60,901 nucleotides of DNA from Gonapodya sp. JEL0774 (taxonomy: Eukaryota): the NCBI GenBank assembly GCA_027604505.1, contig JADIIX010000137.1, forward strand, positions 1 through 60,901, read 5' to 3'. Shown piece by piece: positions 24,946 through 37,752 of the stretch (positions are counted from its first letter, which is position 1; each line of letters opens with the position of its first letter). The notes beneath the pieces are model-generated. The model was not told the origin of the DNA, did not search any database, and was given only the letters and a program-made list of their open reading frames with translations. The position numbers and the translations under genes are program-made.

Positions 24946-27900
24946 TTACAGAACTTCTACAGTGAATTCAAGCTGCTGATCGAGCCCCAGATATCCATCC
25001 GATATAATGAACAATGTGAAAGTGTAGCGACCCGGCTCCGGTGCCGGAGTGAAGGAAAGCGATGGCGAGGGACCCTTATGGATATCGTCCCTCTGAGGAG
25101 CAAACCTCTTTAACGCCACCAGATCATCCGTCTCCATCTCACCGACAACCAACCAGTATCCTTCATACTGAGGTTTCGGAAACCGTGGTGCATGAATCCG
25201 CAGGTCCTGTGAGTCAGATGTTGAGTCTACATCGCTACAAATTACAGAATCGGAGTCTCGCACGCACCTTTTCTTTATGCCGTCGAAGGCGCTCGAGGGA
25301 GACACGAACATGCACTTCGGCACCACTGACAACCTGGAGATGATATTTTGAAATCTGCCCAGCTCCTTTGGATGAAAGTAGTATATCCACGTCCAGCAGA
25401 GGCATTGACATGACAACATCTGCGATTTTGCGGGCCAACGTAGTGTTGATTCCAGGAACTCGCTGCAGGGTATCGAAAGCGTCCTGTTCGCTCATTGTCA
25501 CCAGCTGCGCCAGACAGTCGATTCTTTGGTTGCTATTTGTTCGCAAATGTGTCAGCATTTGCGGCTCCATGTGCGGAAGGGTTAGAAGTGTGTTGTCGGT
25601 GAGCCATCGGCCTTGCTTGATGCACTGAAGAAGATTCATGATGCTGAGACTTGTTGCCAGGAACCCCTGGTCTGCCGCTACATCAATCATTGCCTGAATA
25701 ATTCGCACAGACGAATCCAACACCTGCAATTGTGTACAGCAGGTTAAGGGTTGCTTTCTTCTTGTCGTCGTTTAAACGAAATGATCTTACTGTCTTCGAG
25801 TCCGTTACATAATCTGCACACGGAAGAATTTGCAAGCGTTCCATATGCGCTTCAAGAAGGAGGAAGGCTTTGACATGGGGGCTGTCATACTGCGATCCTA
25901 CACGTATCGGAAGTTGCTTTTCGAATTCCTTGTTCATGACGTCTTCGTTGTGACGAACAGGTATTTCGGCGTACTCCGCTGAATCACAGAGCACGCGCAT
26001 CAGGAGGGGAAGAGTCCCAGCACGCTCTGTAGATGGATAGGACTCAAGTATTCGTGTTTTGAAGATCCGCATCCTGGGGACAAAACGGAATATTTTGGGC
26101 AGTGCCGTGAAACGAGACAGCAAATTTCTTACGTTTGATAGCTGAGGTAATAGTAGGAGCAAATGTACCCGAGCGTGGTGCTTCGAAGATAGAGCGAATC
26201 CTTGATCTCAACGCACCCAGATTCATGCAAATCCCCAACTGTGCGTTCAATTATGTCGGACATGAACTCGTCGAGGCTCTGTTGGGTGTTATCTGGAAGG
26301 CCATAGTATGTCGGGTTCATGCGAAGTCGTCGATAGAAGTAGGTCCACGTCAGGTATTCGAGAGCGTCCTGTTTTGATTTGATCGTCCCCGCCACAATCT
26401 CAGCGTTCAAGTGATCATGCATGTGTAGATGAAGAGAGGACTCAACCGGGAATGGTTCGAAGAGAAACTTCTTGTAAAAATTCTTCTTCGCGTCCTGAAC
26501 AAAAACTCGTGCCACTGCGGAATCATCAAACTGTGGACGTCCTGATGATGTCAGATCATTAATCAAACGGTAACTCAAGAAGTTATTCGCATTGGATTCT
26601 CACCAGCGCGGCCTACCATTTGCAGAACGTCTGTGATCGGAAAATCAACATAGCCTTTCTGCTTTGGATCGAAAAACTCAGTCCCTTTCACAACAACCAA
26701 GTGCGCAGGGGTGTTGATACCCCAGGCTAATGTCGAAGTGGCAATCAAAACCTGGATCTTATTATTCACAAACAGCTCCTCCACTGATCTCCTATCGGAA
26801 TCGATGAGTCCCGCATGGTGGAGACCGATTCCATACGAGAGACTGTAACGAAGTGCTGGGTCCCGTATCTGACTGACAATCATTTCCATCTCACTTTCCT
26901 CCATGTGAAGGAACATTCGAGGATTATCATCATTAGCACAGAGACTAATAAGATCCTGGGCAGTCAGGCGAGTCTGCCGACGAGAAGAGACAAACACTAT
27001 GACAGGTTTCGTAGGGGAGTGGGTACGAATGGCTTTATAGGTCGGTTTCTGGTTAAGTGATTAATTGTCAGGGAGAACCCCGCAATAACTGAACTGTCTG
27101 ATGCTCACGTTCATTGACTGCATCCGAGGGCAGTAAAATTTGCCTAAATTAAACCCAACAGGCATTGGACAGGATCCTCTTAGTGAACCCTAAAGCCGTG
27201 GGACAGGAATCCTCTTAAGAATCGGTAAGCACGCACCTGCAAATCCATCGATATGGATTTCCAGGGGAACTGGCCGCACTGAGTGCTTGAAGTTAAACAT
27301 GCCCACATCTTTTATACCCAGCCAGTCTGCAAGGTCATTGGCGTTTGCCAGCGCAGTACTCAATCCAACCAAACGTATGGGTTTATCGGTATGAGCGGAA
27401 ATGTAGTTCAGGCGACTGACTATTACTTCCAGAACTGGTCCCCGATCACCACCTAAAAGGTGAATCTCGTCGATGATTACAAGGGACACACTTTGCACGT
27501 ATCCCCTACTTTGCCAACTAAAAAATATTGAACATGAAAATTGTGCAAAGATCATTCAATCACAAATGGATAAGAAACAATCACCTTCGAGAAACACCGT
27601 CCCATTTTTCCGGTGTTGTGACGATAACGTCAGCAGATTGGATAGTATGCATGTCTGGAGTCACGTCTCCCGTGAGCTCCACCAGTTTACGTCCCATTGG
27701 ATGCATCAGCCGAGAATTCCAGTCAGTAACACGTTCTCTGACTAGTGCCTTCAATGGTGCGATGTACACGACTTTGGAAGAAGGAGCCTCGCGAAACGCG
27801 TTCCTACAAACGAATGAGAAGATTCCTCGAGAATTCAGCACCTAATTTGAGTTGGGAGTACTGACGCGGTTCAGCGACTTACCACATTGCAAGCTCCGCA

Positions 27901-30900
27901 GCAACGGTTTTTCCAGATCCTGTAGGAGCTCCAACCAAGGTATTGTGTTGTGAATAATACAAAGTATGGAAGATCTGCGTCTGAATCGCGTTAAAGAACG
28001 AGAACCTCGGGCGGCAGATTTCCTCCAACACCTCATCTTGAAGTGCTGCAATGGGCAGTGGTTGGAGGTTAAGAAGATCGGTGTGCGGTGTACGTTGCAT
28101 TTGTGGTAAAATTAGATGCTTGAAGGACACCGCAATAGCATTCTCGGAACCAACCCAACGGTCGGAAACAGCTCGAATGAATATTTGCGGGGGTAGTTCG
28201 TCACTCGTGGAAGACGTTTTCGGGAGAGGGATGGTGAATGAAAGTTTGGCAGTTTCTCGCGCCTGCTTTTTACTGATGAGGAGATATTCTGAATGCAAAA
28301 TTTCCGTGTGCTCTGCATCTTCAACCCAAATCCAGAAAGCCTCGTTGGATCCATGTGCACGGTCGGACCAAAGGAAGTCGGGAGTGACATCAAGGTCCAC
28401 TTTCAAGACTGTTCTAGTGATTGGAGCGACTCGAGCCTCAAGAATCAATTGGGGAAACTCTTGGATGCATTTTTGGACAGTCTTCCCCATCTTCATGTGA
28501 CGAATCCACGCTCCAAGCTCGGCGGAGTCCATCTCACGTAGTATGTCGATTGAAGATCCGTTCGGCTTGGCCTCTAGTTTTTTTATCACGTCAACTGGAA
28601 GGTCAAATTGGCTAAGCGGGTGCTCAAAGCTCCAAAGCCGTTTATCGACAGATTTTGATAACGATAGAATCCGCGACGCAGCCGGTCCCCAATTTCTGTT
28701 TAAGGCAACCTCAAAAAGGGCCCGTAATATTCTTGCGGAGTTTTGAGCAACATAACCCGTGTCCGAGACAAGAGCAAAGTCATCCACACGTGATCTGGAA
28801 ACGTAGTTCTGAAGCAAAATATTAACTTTCCCATAGGTGGTGTCCACGCCACCCTGGGGTGCGTCATGTGTTTGTAACAACGGCGAAACAAACGACATGC
28901 TGCTCTCGTACCTTAACCGCACAAACAGACGCTTCCTCAAGCCCCTTTAACTCAGGCATTTCTTCCTCCCGCACCTTAACGTTCTCGAACTCCGAACTCA
29001 TGCTCACCATACTGAGGATATCTGCCTCAGTCATTCTCGGTGTCATCAGATCATTGAATGTTTCCACACTCGCGAGTCGAATATAAAAGTTGCTGGCAAT
29101 GCGGCCTAAGTCTTTGGGAGTGAAGTAACCTGTGTTCTCGTCAAACACGATCATTTGTGCCTTTGACAGCCTTTTTGCGGAAGAGACAATCAAGTCATGA
29201 CGGCGCTTCCCAAGGAGTGGATCATGTAAAACATCGTCATGCTTCATGCCATAATTTAACGGATTCTTTCGCATCCGGATGTGAAGGAATGTGTATCCCA
29301 ACCAGTTCACTGCTTCATCCACGTTCGTGACAGTCCCAAGGGAAATCTCGGCATTAAGATTGTCCTCCAGACTTTCGATGAATTTGCTTTCGATAGGAAA
29401 CTGCTGAGTAATAGCTGTCACGTAATGACTGAGCTTGTCATGTGTCGTGACGATGTAACCTTGTCCGTGGCTTGCGTAGATGATATCATCCAATGGTGAA
29501 CTAGGAATTCGAGAAATGTGGCAGCGAATAACTCACTCTTCGTATTGCGGGCGACCCGCTCTCCCGAATATCTGTAATACATCTAAAATGGAAAGGTCGA
29601 CGAAAGTTCCTTTCTGTGCACTATAGACCTGTGTACCCTTGATTATTACAGCATATGCAGGCAAATTCACCCCCCAAGCGAGTGTCGCCGTGCAAACGAG
29701 GACCTTGATGAGCCCCTCCCGAAACAGATTTTCCGTTAAGGTTCTGTCCGCCCGAAGCATTCCTAATATCACGAATCTCAATGAGCGGAATGGCTCCCGT
29801 GGGAAATCCCAGCTCTGGAACTCACCAGCATGGTGAATACCGAAACCTTGACCGAAAAGTTCCACAAGCTCCTTGTTCCTGGATCGTTGTACCTCTTTCA
29901 GTGCGGTGATATACTTGGGATCCTGAGAACAGTCAAAAACACCTTGAAAACGGGGTTTGATTGAAAAATATGTAGCGGCCATTCATGTTACGGTATTCAG
30001 TAGCATACTTGTTTCTCCTTCATTTACGCTCATATTCCGAAGCTCCATTGCAGTGCTGACAGTTGCTTTTCGTGCGTGGACAAAAACCATGACTTGCTTT
30101 TCCATTTTCACCAAATCAACAACTTTGCTGTATGTTAAAGAATCCATGATTGCACTTGATTGTTTGCTTCCTGGTTTAGCTTTGACCCCAATAAAAGTTT
30201 GTGCAAGAGGAACGGGCCGGAAACCAGCATCAAAAAAGAAGAGACCTTTGTACGGATTGACTCTACCCAGAAAAAATACGAAGATGTGACATCGTCAAAC
30301 ATCTATGCAAAATAAAAGAGAGAGAGAACAGCAAATTCTCTACCTCAAGAATTCGCCAACATCTACATAATTTGGAAGAGTGGCGGAGAGGCCAAGAAGC
30401 CTGATGAATGATTGAGAACTCTCCACCTGGAAGAAGGGAGAACACCGTTAATAAAGCACATGAACACAAACTGGTATCGGTGCGCCCCCTTAACATGCCT
30501 GTCTCAAAGTTCTCGCAACAATACTCTCTAAAACTGCTCCACGATCTTCGTGAAGCAAGTGAACTTCATCGATAATTAGCAGCCGCACTTTGCTCACAAG
30601 CTCGGTGTCTCCAACGCTCTTTCGGGTCACCACGTCCCACTTCTCAGGAGTCGTGACAATCATCTGAGTGTTCGTAATCTCGTTTTTGGTCAGTTGCATG
30701 TCACCTGTGAGTTCCCGAACTTGAATTCCCAAAGATCCTTGTCCTATTCGAGATGAAAACTTTCGAACAATTTCCGCAGCCAAGGCTTTCATAGGAGCCA
30801 CATAGACAATTTTGAAGTCGGAGAGAGCGATACTTGTTCCAGTCCGAAACTGCCCAATAGTGTGAAGAACACAGAGCATTGCAATATCTGTTTTTCCCTG

Positions 30901-32886
30901 CAAAAAGCGGATCCGAGATGATCAAAGTCAGAACGCGTAAATTTTGTCAAAAAAGGCAATGAGCAAAGCATCTAATGCACTTACGGCACCTGTTGGCGCA
31001 GAAACCAACATATTTTCGTTGGACTTATACGCTGTCTCGAAAACGATACTCTGAACTCGATTGAACGACCTGTAGCCCTTAAATGCTTTCCTATCAACAC
31101 TGTCAAGCTCATCAAGCTCGATTGTCCGTTCATGCACACGGACTGGTGCCTGGCGAGCGATAGGAATAGAAATAGATTCAAATTGCTTTTCGTTGACGCG
31201 CTCAGTTCCCTCTGGAAGAGAGAACTTGCTGGGGATTGCAGTCGGAGGGTCTCGATAATTGGACTTGTAAATGTGAGGGTAAATCTCCGATGGATCGCGA
31301 GGCGAGGCCTGGAAGTAAAAGTGAATTGTCAAAAGTTGCTGGACCCACGAAAGAAAGGCGGCCCGGTCTCACCGTTCCAGGTAGGGGTGGCGCCAATCTT
31401 GCGTTTCTCAGTTCTTCTTCGCGCAAACGCCTCCACATATCTCCATCCATGGCATCCCTTGTGAAACCCAGAATTTTCGCTGAAACGTGTTCCTCACTCT
31501 CCCCATCCCTTTCTTCCCGAGCTTTGCGTTTCGCTTCTTTCCTTGCCTGCTTAACAGCGATTTTTTCTGACTCCGTTTTTATGGTTACCTGAGCCCCGAA
31601 TATGGGGCGAGCAGAAAACGGGGACGGCGCATCGAATGAATCAGGACCTGGAGACGGTGTCCGTCGTTCCAAAGCATCGTCGGGAGCCTTAATTACAGGA
31701 GTTGGATTGGATCAAATCCAAATCCCATGCTGATAGTTGGGAGGCGTTACCTTCGCCATGACTCTTTCAACAACCTCGGTACGACGGGAGACCAATTCGG
31801 TTACGAATTCCATGTTGTCGAACCCAAGTAGTTCAACCAAGGACAATTGAATCTCGTCGTCTGTAATGCCAACCGTTAGAAGCTTGAACCAACACAGAAC
31901 ACTAATAATTGAAATACACCAGTTGCAGCCACTCACCTGGAGACTCTGAACGCAAAATTGTAAATACATCTATACATAGCTGAATTGGAGACACTATTGT
32001 GGCGGCCTCCTCCCCGTGCGTCATCTTTTGCAATGAAATGTGGTTCTCACATTGTCTGAAACGACACTGGCTCAGGAAGGGTAAAACCGACAAGCACTTG
32101 CAATTCTTTCCAAACCTAAGCAGCCACTCGCGTCCAAACGGAAGCTCCTCGATCGCAGTAGCCAGTGAAACCGAAACAACCGGGACCATGTCCCCAATGT
32201 TTAACGACTGCACCCCACTGTGCGCACGAGGACCTATCACTGCTTCAACGGAGCTAATTTCATCAACACTCATTGCGTCTACAGCAGTGTCAACGTCTGA
32301 AATATCCTGGAACCCCCTTCTGTCGAGAAACACTGAACGGTGGTCGACCGGATCCACGTACGACACATGAGAATGGTGATCCACCCCCGCTCCAGCTTCA
32401 TTCGAATAAAAAACCGTCTGCACGTCGTCTGCGTCTAGATACACGCTGAAATGAAGCTTATAGTTGTGATGCAGTGGGCCACAATGTGGATGTTGAACCC
32501 CACCTAGCATCCTCAGTGACATGCCGTACTTGATTCAACCTGTCTCGCCAATCAAGAAAAAGCTCAGCAGCTCTCCTGGTGGGTCCCGAAAACTGCTCAA
32601 TCAATACCCGGTCCTGAGCAGCGAGACCATTCGACGTTTTCGAAGTTACGGATTCCCGAACAGCATCGTCCACGGCGAGGTAGCTAATGGCTTTTCCCTT
32701 CCCCTTTCCCTTTCCTGCAAACGATTCTTCATCGTCTTGTTCATGCGTTCCAGTTGGATCACTGATTTGACCACCAATGGCAATCAGTCCTGCAGAATCC
32801 TTTCGAACACTCTCGTGAAGAGGAGATAGGGATCCATGTTGCACTCTATGTCGCAAAGAATCAGTAAACGAAGTTCCGAAATCCAT
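24946..32886 (-). CDS. ASCC3: Ski2-like tandem-cassette helicase ASCC3/Slh1 (RQT complex)
   Basis: Two helicase cassettes: [55 protein letters not shown] and [33 protein letters not shown]. Sec63 domains follow, ending [10 protein letters not shown]. Confidence 0.95.
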
Positions 32887-33009
32887 GCTTCGGCGGCGAA
32901 TGAATGATCGAGAAGGCTCGAATGATATATAGTACGTGTGGGTTCAGGGCGAGTGAAGTGAAATCACATGAAACCATTTACAAAACTGCTACGTATAATT
33001 CCCATCTCA

Positions 33010-34722
33010 CTAAGGAAACACCCCCCCTGTCACAAGGAGCTCTCCTAGTGCTCGTCGCTGCCAATCCTTAAATGTCTGTCCCGAGAGCGGTCGCCGACCT
33101 TCCACCGCTGGTGACATTGATCTGGGAGATTGAAAAAGACCGGCGTTCATTACGTTTGCCACGAACAGTCCTCGAACGAGGGGAGAGTGCGTGTTCTTCA
33201 TCGTGCGCGCTAGCGGAACTGCGTCCAAGTCGAAGTGAGGCGACCCTGTTGAAGACGAAGGGATCGGATTCTCCGAAATTGGGGTATTTTCCGGAACGCC
33301 CACATGCGCCCTATACTCCAACACCGAAGGTGGTCGTTGGGATGCTCTTCTCTCATTATCGCGCTTCTCTTGCGTTCCCAGTGTCGTTCTGCAAACGCTC
33401 GTTGCTTCCTGAAATGACCGAACCCTTTGAATAGCCAGAATAGTCGGAACAATCGGCGGTAAAGGTGCATCTGGTGAAATTGCGGTTCGCATGTGATTCG
33501 ATCTGGACTGCGCCGGGTGGAACAAAGTCTTGAAGGAAGTACCGTTGAATGTGCTGCTTGAAAGTATTGGTGATTCGTCAAATCCAAATGGCGAAAATTC
33601 CGAGGAATTGGGCTCGTCCATTTTGTCCAAACTGAGCTGGAGGGTGTTGACGTTTCCACGAACCTGGGCAGTTCGGAGTCTCGTGCCTCGGGGCTCAGGA
33701 CATGATAAACGTCTTTCCTGTTTCGAGATCTTCAAGCCTGTAATTCCGTTGCTCAGGTCCTGTGCAGATCGATAGTTCATTGTCGCTGCACATTTTGACA
33801 AATGAGCGCTGGTTGGTCGGCTGTTGCATACAGTCTCCCGTAAACTGTCGGATCGCAATCCTAATCCTTGTAGCGGAATAGAGCCCACTTCTCGGCACTT
33901 AGTGTTACAGTGTGTCCCAAGTTGGTGGACAGGAACTTCCAATGTAGAAACACTTGGGTCATCCTGATCGCTTTTCTCGTGGAGAACTCCTCTCACATCG
34001 CCAAGACGCGTTGATACCAGTCCAGATGGTGGCCTGGCACTAGATGGCCGTCCTTGATACCGGCAAGCTCGAGTCTTTGCACTCTTCGAACGGTCGACTG
34101 ACCTTTCCTTGCCGCAATTTCGAGCGCCGCCGATCATTCCTCCCGGCGTTTCAGTGGACGAATCAATGAAACCAGGGCTATTGTGAGTATTTAAGAGTCC
34201 ATCTGTTTGATCTTGACGGAAATATTGATAGCTTGCTGTTCCGAATGTGCCATTGGTCGGCAACTCTTCGACAGAGTGTCCCTCCAATCGACCATCCATG
34301 GGCAAGCAGGCCGTAGAGTTCCAGAGTGCCAGCTCGTTACCTTGACTCTCTAATCCCGCCAGGGGCCCCTCGCCATCATGCCAGCCAGTAAGCTCCGGTT
34401 CGGAATCGGTCACAAGCTGAATCAATTCTTCCAATGTCAACGAGCGAACATCGGCTCCACAAAAGCTGCCATCCGCTGACAGCTTTGGTGGATAAGAGCC
34501 GTACGGACGGTGAGGAATCCGCCCACGAAGAGGTTCGCGAATGATCACGCAGGACCCTTCGTCTTCACACTCAACATGAGTTCCAGGGTGAAGGGATCTT
34601 TCCGGCGCCGTCTGAGAGGAGCGAGATTCAGAGAAAGATTGGCATAAATCATCTGTATGTGCTAGAGGATTCATTTGTAATATGAAAGTATCTTGGCACG
34701 ACTGGAAACCCCACCGCACCAT
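33010..34722 (-). CDS. Hypothetical intronless ~570-aa low-complexity protein (S/R/P/T-rich), in frame with upstream LCMT1
   Basis: 1.7-kb uninterrupted ORF. First ATG at 34722, alternative at 34674. No domain recognised. Confidence 0.65.
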   Translation of the reverse strand: MVRWGFQSCQDTFILQMNPLAHTDDLCQSFSESRSSQTAPERSLHPGTHVECEDEGSCVIIREPLRGRIPHRPYGSYPPKLSADGSFCGADVRSLTLEELIQLVTDSEPELTGWHDGEGPLAGLESQGNELALWNSTACLPMDGRLEGHSVEELPTNGTFGTASYQYFRQDQTDGLLNTHNSPGFIDSSTETPGGMIGGARNCGKERSVDRSKSAKTRACRYQGRPSSARPPSGLVSTRLGDVRGVLHEKSDQDDPSVSTLEVPVHQLGTHCNTKCREVGSIPLQGLGLRSDSLRETVCNSRPTSAHLSKCAATMNYRSAQDLSNGITGLKISKQERRLSCPEPRGTRLRTAQVRGNVNTLQLSLDKMDEPNSSEFSPFGFDESPILSSSTFNGTSFKTLFHPAQSRSNHMRTAISPDAPLPPIVPTILAIQRVRSFQEATSVCRTTLGTQEKRDNERRASQRPPSVLEYRAHVGVPENTPISENPIPSSSTGSPHFDLDAVPLARTMKNTHSPLVRGLFVANVMNAGLFQSPRSMSPAVEGRRPLSGQTFKDWQRRALGELLVTGGVFP

Positions 34723-34734
34723 CACCAACCACCA

Positions 34735-36180
34735 TCATACGCATTCAGACAACAGAGCTTTCCGTATTCTAGACAAGGAACCAGTTTTCTCAACTACTGC
34801 CCAGACAAAACAGTAGTGACGCAGTAATATTCTCCACTCTTCCAACTCATCCAAGGCTTCAATGACAGAAATTCTCATGGTTGAAGTATGCCACCAGATG
34901 AGAGACCAAGTGCTTCACAAGTTCAAGTAAGGGCCTACCTTTTCTTCTCGGAGAAACTGATGTGTTGTGCGTAATAGTCATCCAAGTCAAGTGCGATTGA
35001 ATCAGACCATCCAAGCGACTCATATCTGTGTCTCTGACTGGTTAAATCTGGGAATGCCTGCAAGCCTGGAAGCTCAATACCCCGCGACTAACCGCGAATA
35101 TCAGTTCACATTGCAATCCACACTTAGCGTTGGTTAGTGTCGTCAACTCACCTGCAGGTTCTGGATCATCATCTGTCCAAAAGCATCATGTGGAAGGATT
35201 TGTTCATAAGTGACAAAAACCGCAACTTCCAAGTGCCGTCCCAGCCAATCAATAATAGAATTGGCTGTCTTTGGCTCGAGATACACAAGAACGCATTCTG
35301 AGAGAATTAGCGTTGGGGCCCTTGTTATTCAAATGCTGGCGATTTGCGGAGCTCTCAAGTTGATCTGGCAAAGCTGATTCCACTAACTGTAAATCGAACC
35401 CGCAAAGTTTAAGTCGAGCGACCATGTTTGTTTCGAACTCCCGCAAGTCCCCGGGGAGGATGTGAAACTCCCGAGAGTGCAGTTCGGTACCCCCGTGAAC
35501 TTTAAGTCAGCAGAACGTTTGATCCCGAAAACGCAGCTGGAATGCACCCGACATTCTCACCTACTTCAATTGCACCGAGAGGTTTTGAGAGCATGTCATT
35601 CTTTTGGATTATCGCAATCTTCCTACCGGTTATTTCAGGGAAGTCGATCTCGAAATACCGGGTCGGTTGCTTTCCTTGTTCCTAAATTGCATGAACAGAA
35701 AGAAGAGAATGTTTACATGAAGGCCTTCTCCCATAAAATGCGTCTCCATCCACACTTGACACAACTTGATACCTGCAAGCGCCACCATCTTGTTTCCGAA
35801 CCGGCTCCCAGGACCAATATCTGCCTGATACTCCGAATTGAATTCTCTTCTCCACTTTCTCCCGGAATTTCTGCTTCCTCGTGGTCGAGAAACGAGTCAA
35901 TGATTGCATCTAGACCCTTAGCCCGCAAGTATGTTCCTCTGTTTATGAGAGGAGACCTTCGACGTTCAGTAGAAGTGGGTCGACGAACAAAATATTTCAC
36001 AAAGGGATCGTGGATGTAACCGAGGTTGGCGGCAGACCTTTCCAATGACAATTGCGTAGCTGTTATATCGCAAATTTGAAGTAACCTGCAAATTGATCCC
36101 GCTTACAACCGAGATATTGTGGCATCTTCGTTTGTTCCGCGAATCGCGTCATCTCCTGATGGAGCATCCGCAAACTGCAT
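34735..36180 (-). CDS. LCMT1: Leucine carboxyl methyltransferase 1 (PP2A methyltransferase, Ppm1)
   Basis: DDAIRGTNEDATISRL|SAANLGYIHDPFVKYF..SPLINRGTYLR..QILVLGAGSETRWWRL..YFEIDFP..GDLR..PTLILSECVLVYL..YEQILPHDAFGQMMIQNL..EALDELEEWRILLRHYC. Confidence 0.93.
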
Positions 36181-36253
36181 TGAAACTGAAAGAGGTCACA
36201 CCATTCCCACCTTTTGTCACAAACACACCCCAATTGTAATTTCAATCATTTTT

Positions 36254-37752
36254 CTACCACCTATTTAGGTCACTATCCATTACTCGGGATGAATACACTG
36301 TACACTGTGCTCTCGCAGTTTCCGGTGGAGACGGAATGGGTGATGGCATGGCTGCAGTTGATCGCGTGGGGGGCGACTCGACCCACGTACTATTCTTCTC
36401 AGACGGATGAGATGGCGGGGGAGTTTGGTAACGGCTGTGCTGGTGCATAACAGGAATCGTCTGCGCGCTCGTCGACGCAGCATGTCGACCGGCTTGAGTC
36501 CCGGTATAATACTGCGTGCCATCCTGGTTGGTCGAAAGTTTGTACTGATGGTGAGGAGGAGTTGGAGCGTAGCTGAATGCGGCTGTCTGACCTTGATCCT
36601 GCGACTGTTGAAGGTGAGGTTGTGGGTGAATAAAAGTTGTTGGAAGGGAAGTCATGCCTGGACTGTAATATGTTGTTTGAGGAAAGTCTGTGAAGGAGTA
36701 TGCAGTCGCGCCAGCGTAGTTGCTATGACCGCGTTGGGAACCACCTAAGTTGTTGAACCCTCCATAGTCCCTGACGGCAGGCGCTGGTGCAGCTACACTT
36801 CCACCGCTAGCCAGATTGCTCAAACGTCCTTGAGATCCACCAGTCGAGCCATTGTCCATTCCGCCTCTCCCTATTGAAGAATTCGATTGGTTGGGTCGTT
36901 CGACAGGCCCACCTCGCTCTGATCCGCCCGTTGGTCGTCCTGCTTGACGCGACGCAATATCTCCGCTTTCATCCTTGATAACGAGTCGTGCCTGGAAGCT
37001 TTCGCTGACACTGCGTATGGTAGAAGAATGTCGCAGCAGTCGATTGCCTGTCTCCTGAAGTTGTTCGACGGTGATGTGCAAGTTGAAGTCCGTGAAGATC
37101 AGGAACTCAATCTCCAATTGGTTGAGCTCTTGTACAGGGAGTCCTCCAACCTAATGCAGTCATAGATCATCCGAAAGCTCGTTCATTTGAGGCGACTGAC
37201 ATACAGTTTCCAATCTCTCACCTTGGCATAATGCGAGTTCAAAAAGAAGACGTCGCTAAACAGTTTCGATGCAATCATGACCCCCGTGATAAGCAGTCGA
37301 TGCACATTGAAGGAGTTGATAATCAAAACCTTCTTCTTCCTCTTCTTGGACATCGTGAACTCTGCAATGTCACCTCGTTCCTCCACTCCTAAGAGACTCC
37401 CCGTCGAGTTAGAATGAACGGACGGCAGTGACTTGTCCTGAGTCTCTAAAAGCACATCCGCGCGCCTTGCGATACGCTCGAAATAAACCAGCACTGCCAA
37501 AAACACCTCATTCCCGCATGGTGCGTACTTTAGAATCCGCTGCAGGTATGCCAAAATGTCAATGGTCGGGATCGTCCGCGCGTGAAACCTTGTGAGATCC
37601 CCTTTGACAGGAGATGAGTCGCTGTTGGCGGTAAGGTGATTGAGGTAGGAGGATATGACCTTGATGGTCTCAGAAGTGGGATGTGTTGCAAGCGGGAATA
37701 CTGCCAGTTCAGCGGAGTATCCCGAGCTGGGAAGGGACAGTTCGGCCGACAT
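36254..37752 (-). CDS. PHO80/PCL-family (Pho85) cyclin with a Q/S/G-rich C-terminal tail
   Basis: TRFHARTIPTIDILAYLQRILKY..INSFNVHRLLITGVMIASKLFSDVFFLNSHYAK|VGGLPVQELNQLEIEFL. One intron. Confidence 0.9.

Noticed and set aside
34650..34744. Short alternative-frame ORF MRMMVVGDGAVG resembling the start of a Rho GTPase P-loop
   Set aside because: It continues FPVV rather than KT, and no downstream G2-G5 motifs were found in plausible exons. Treated as coincidence.
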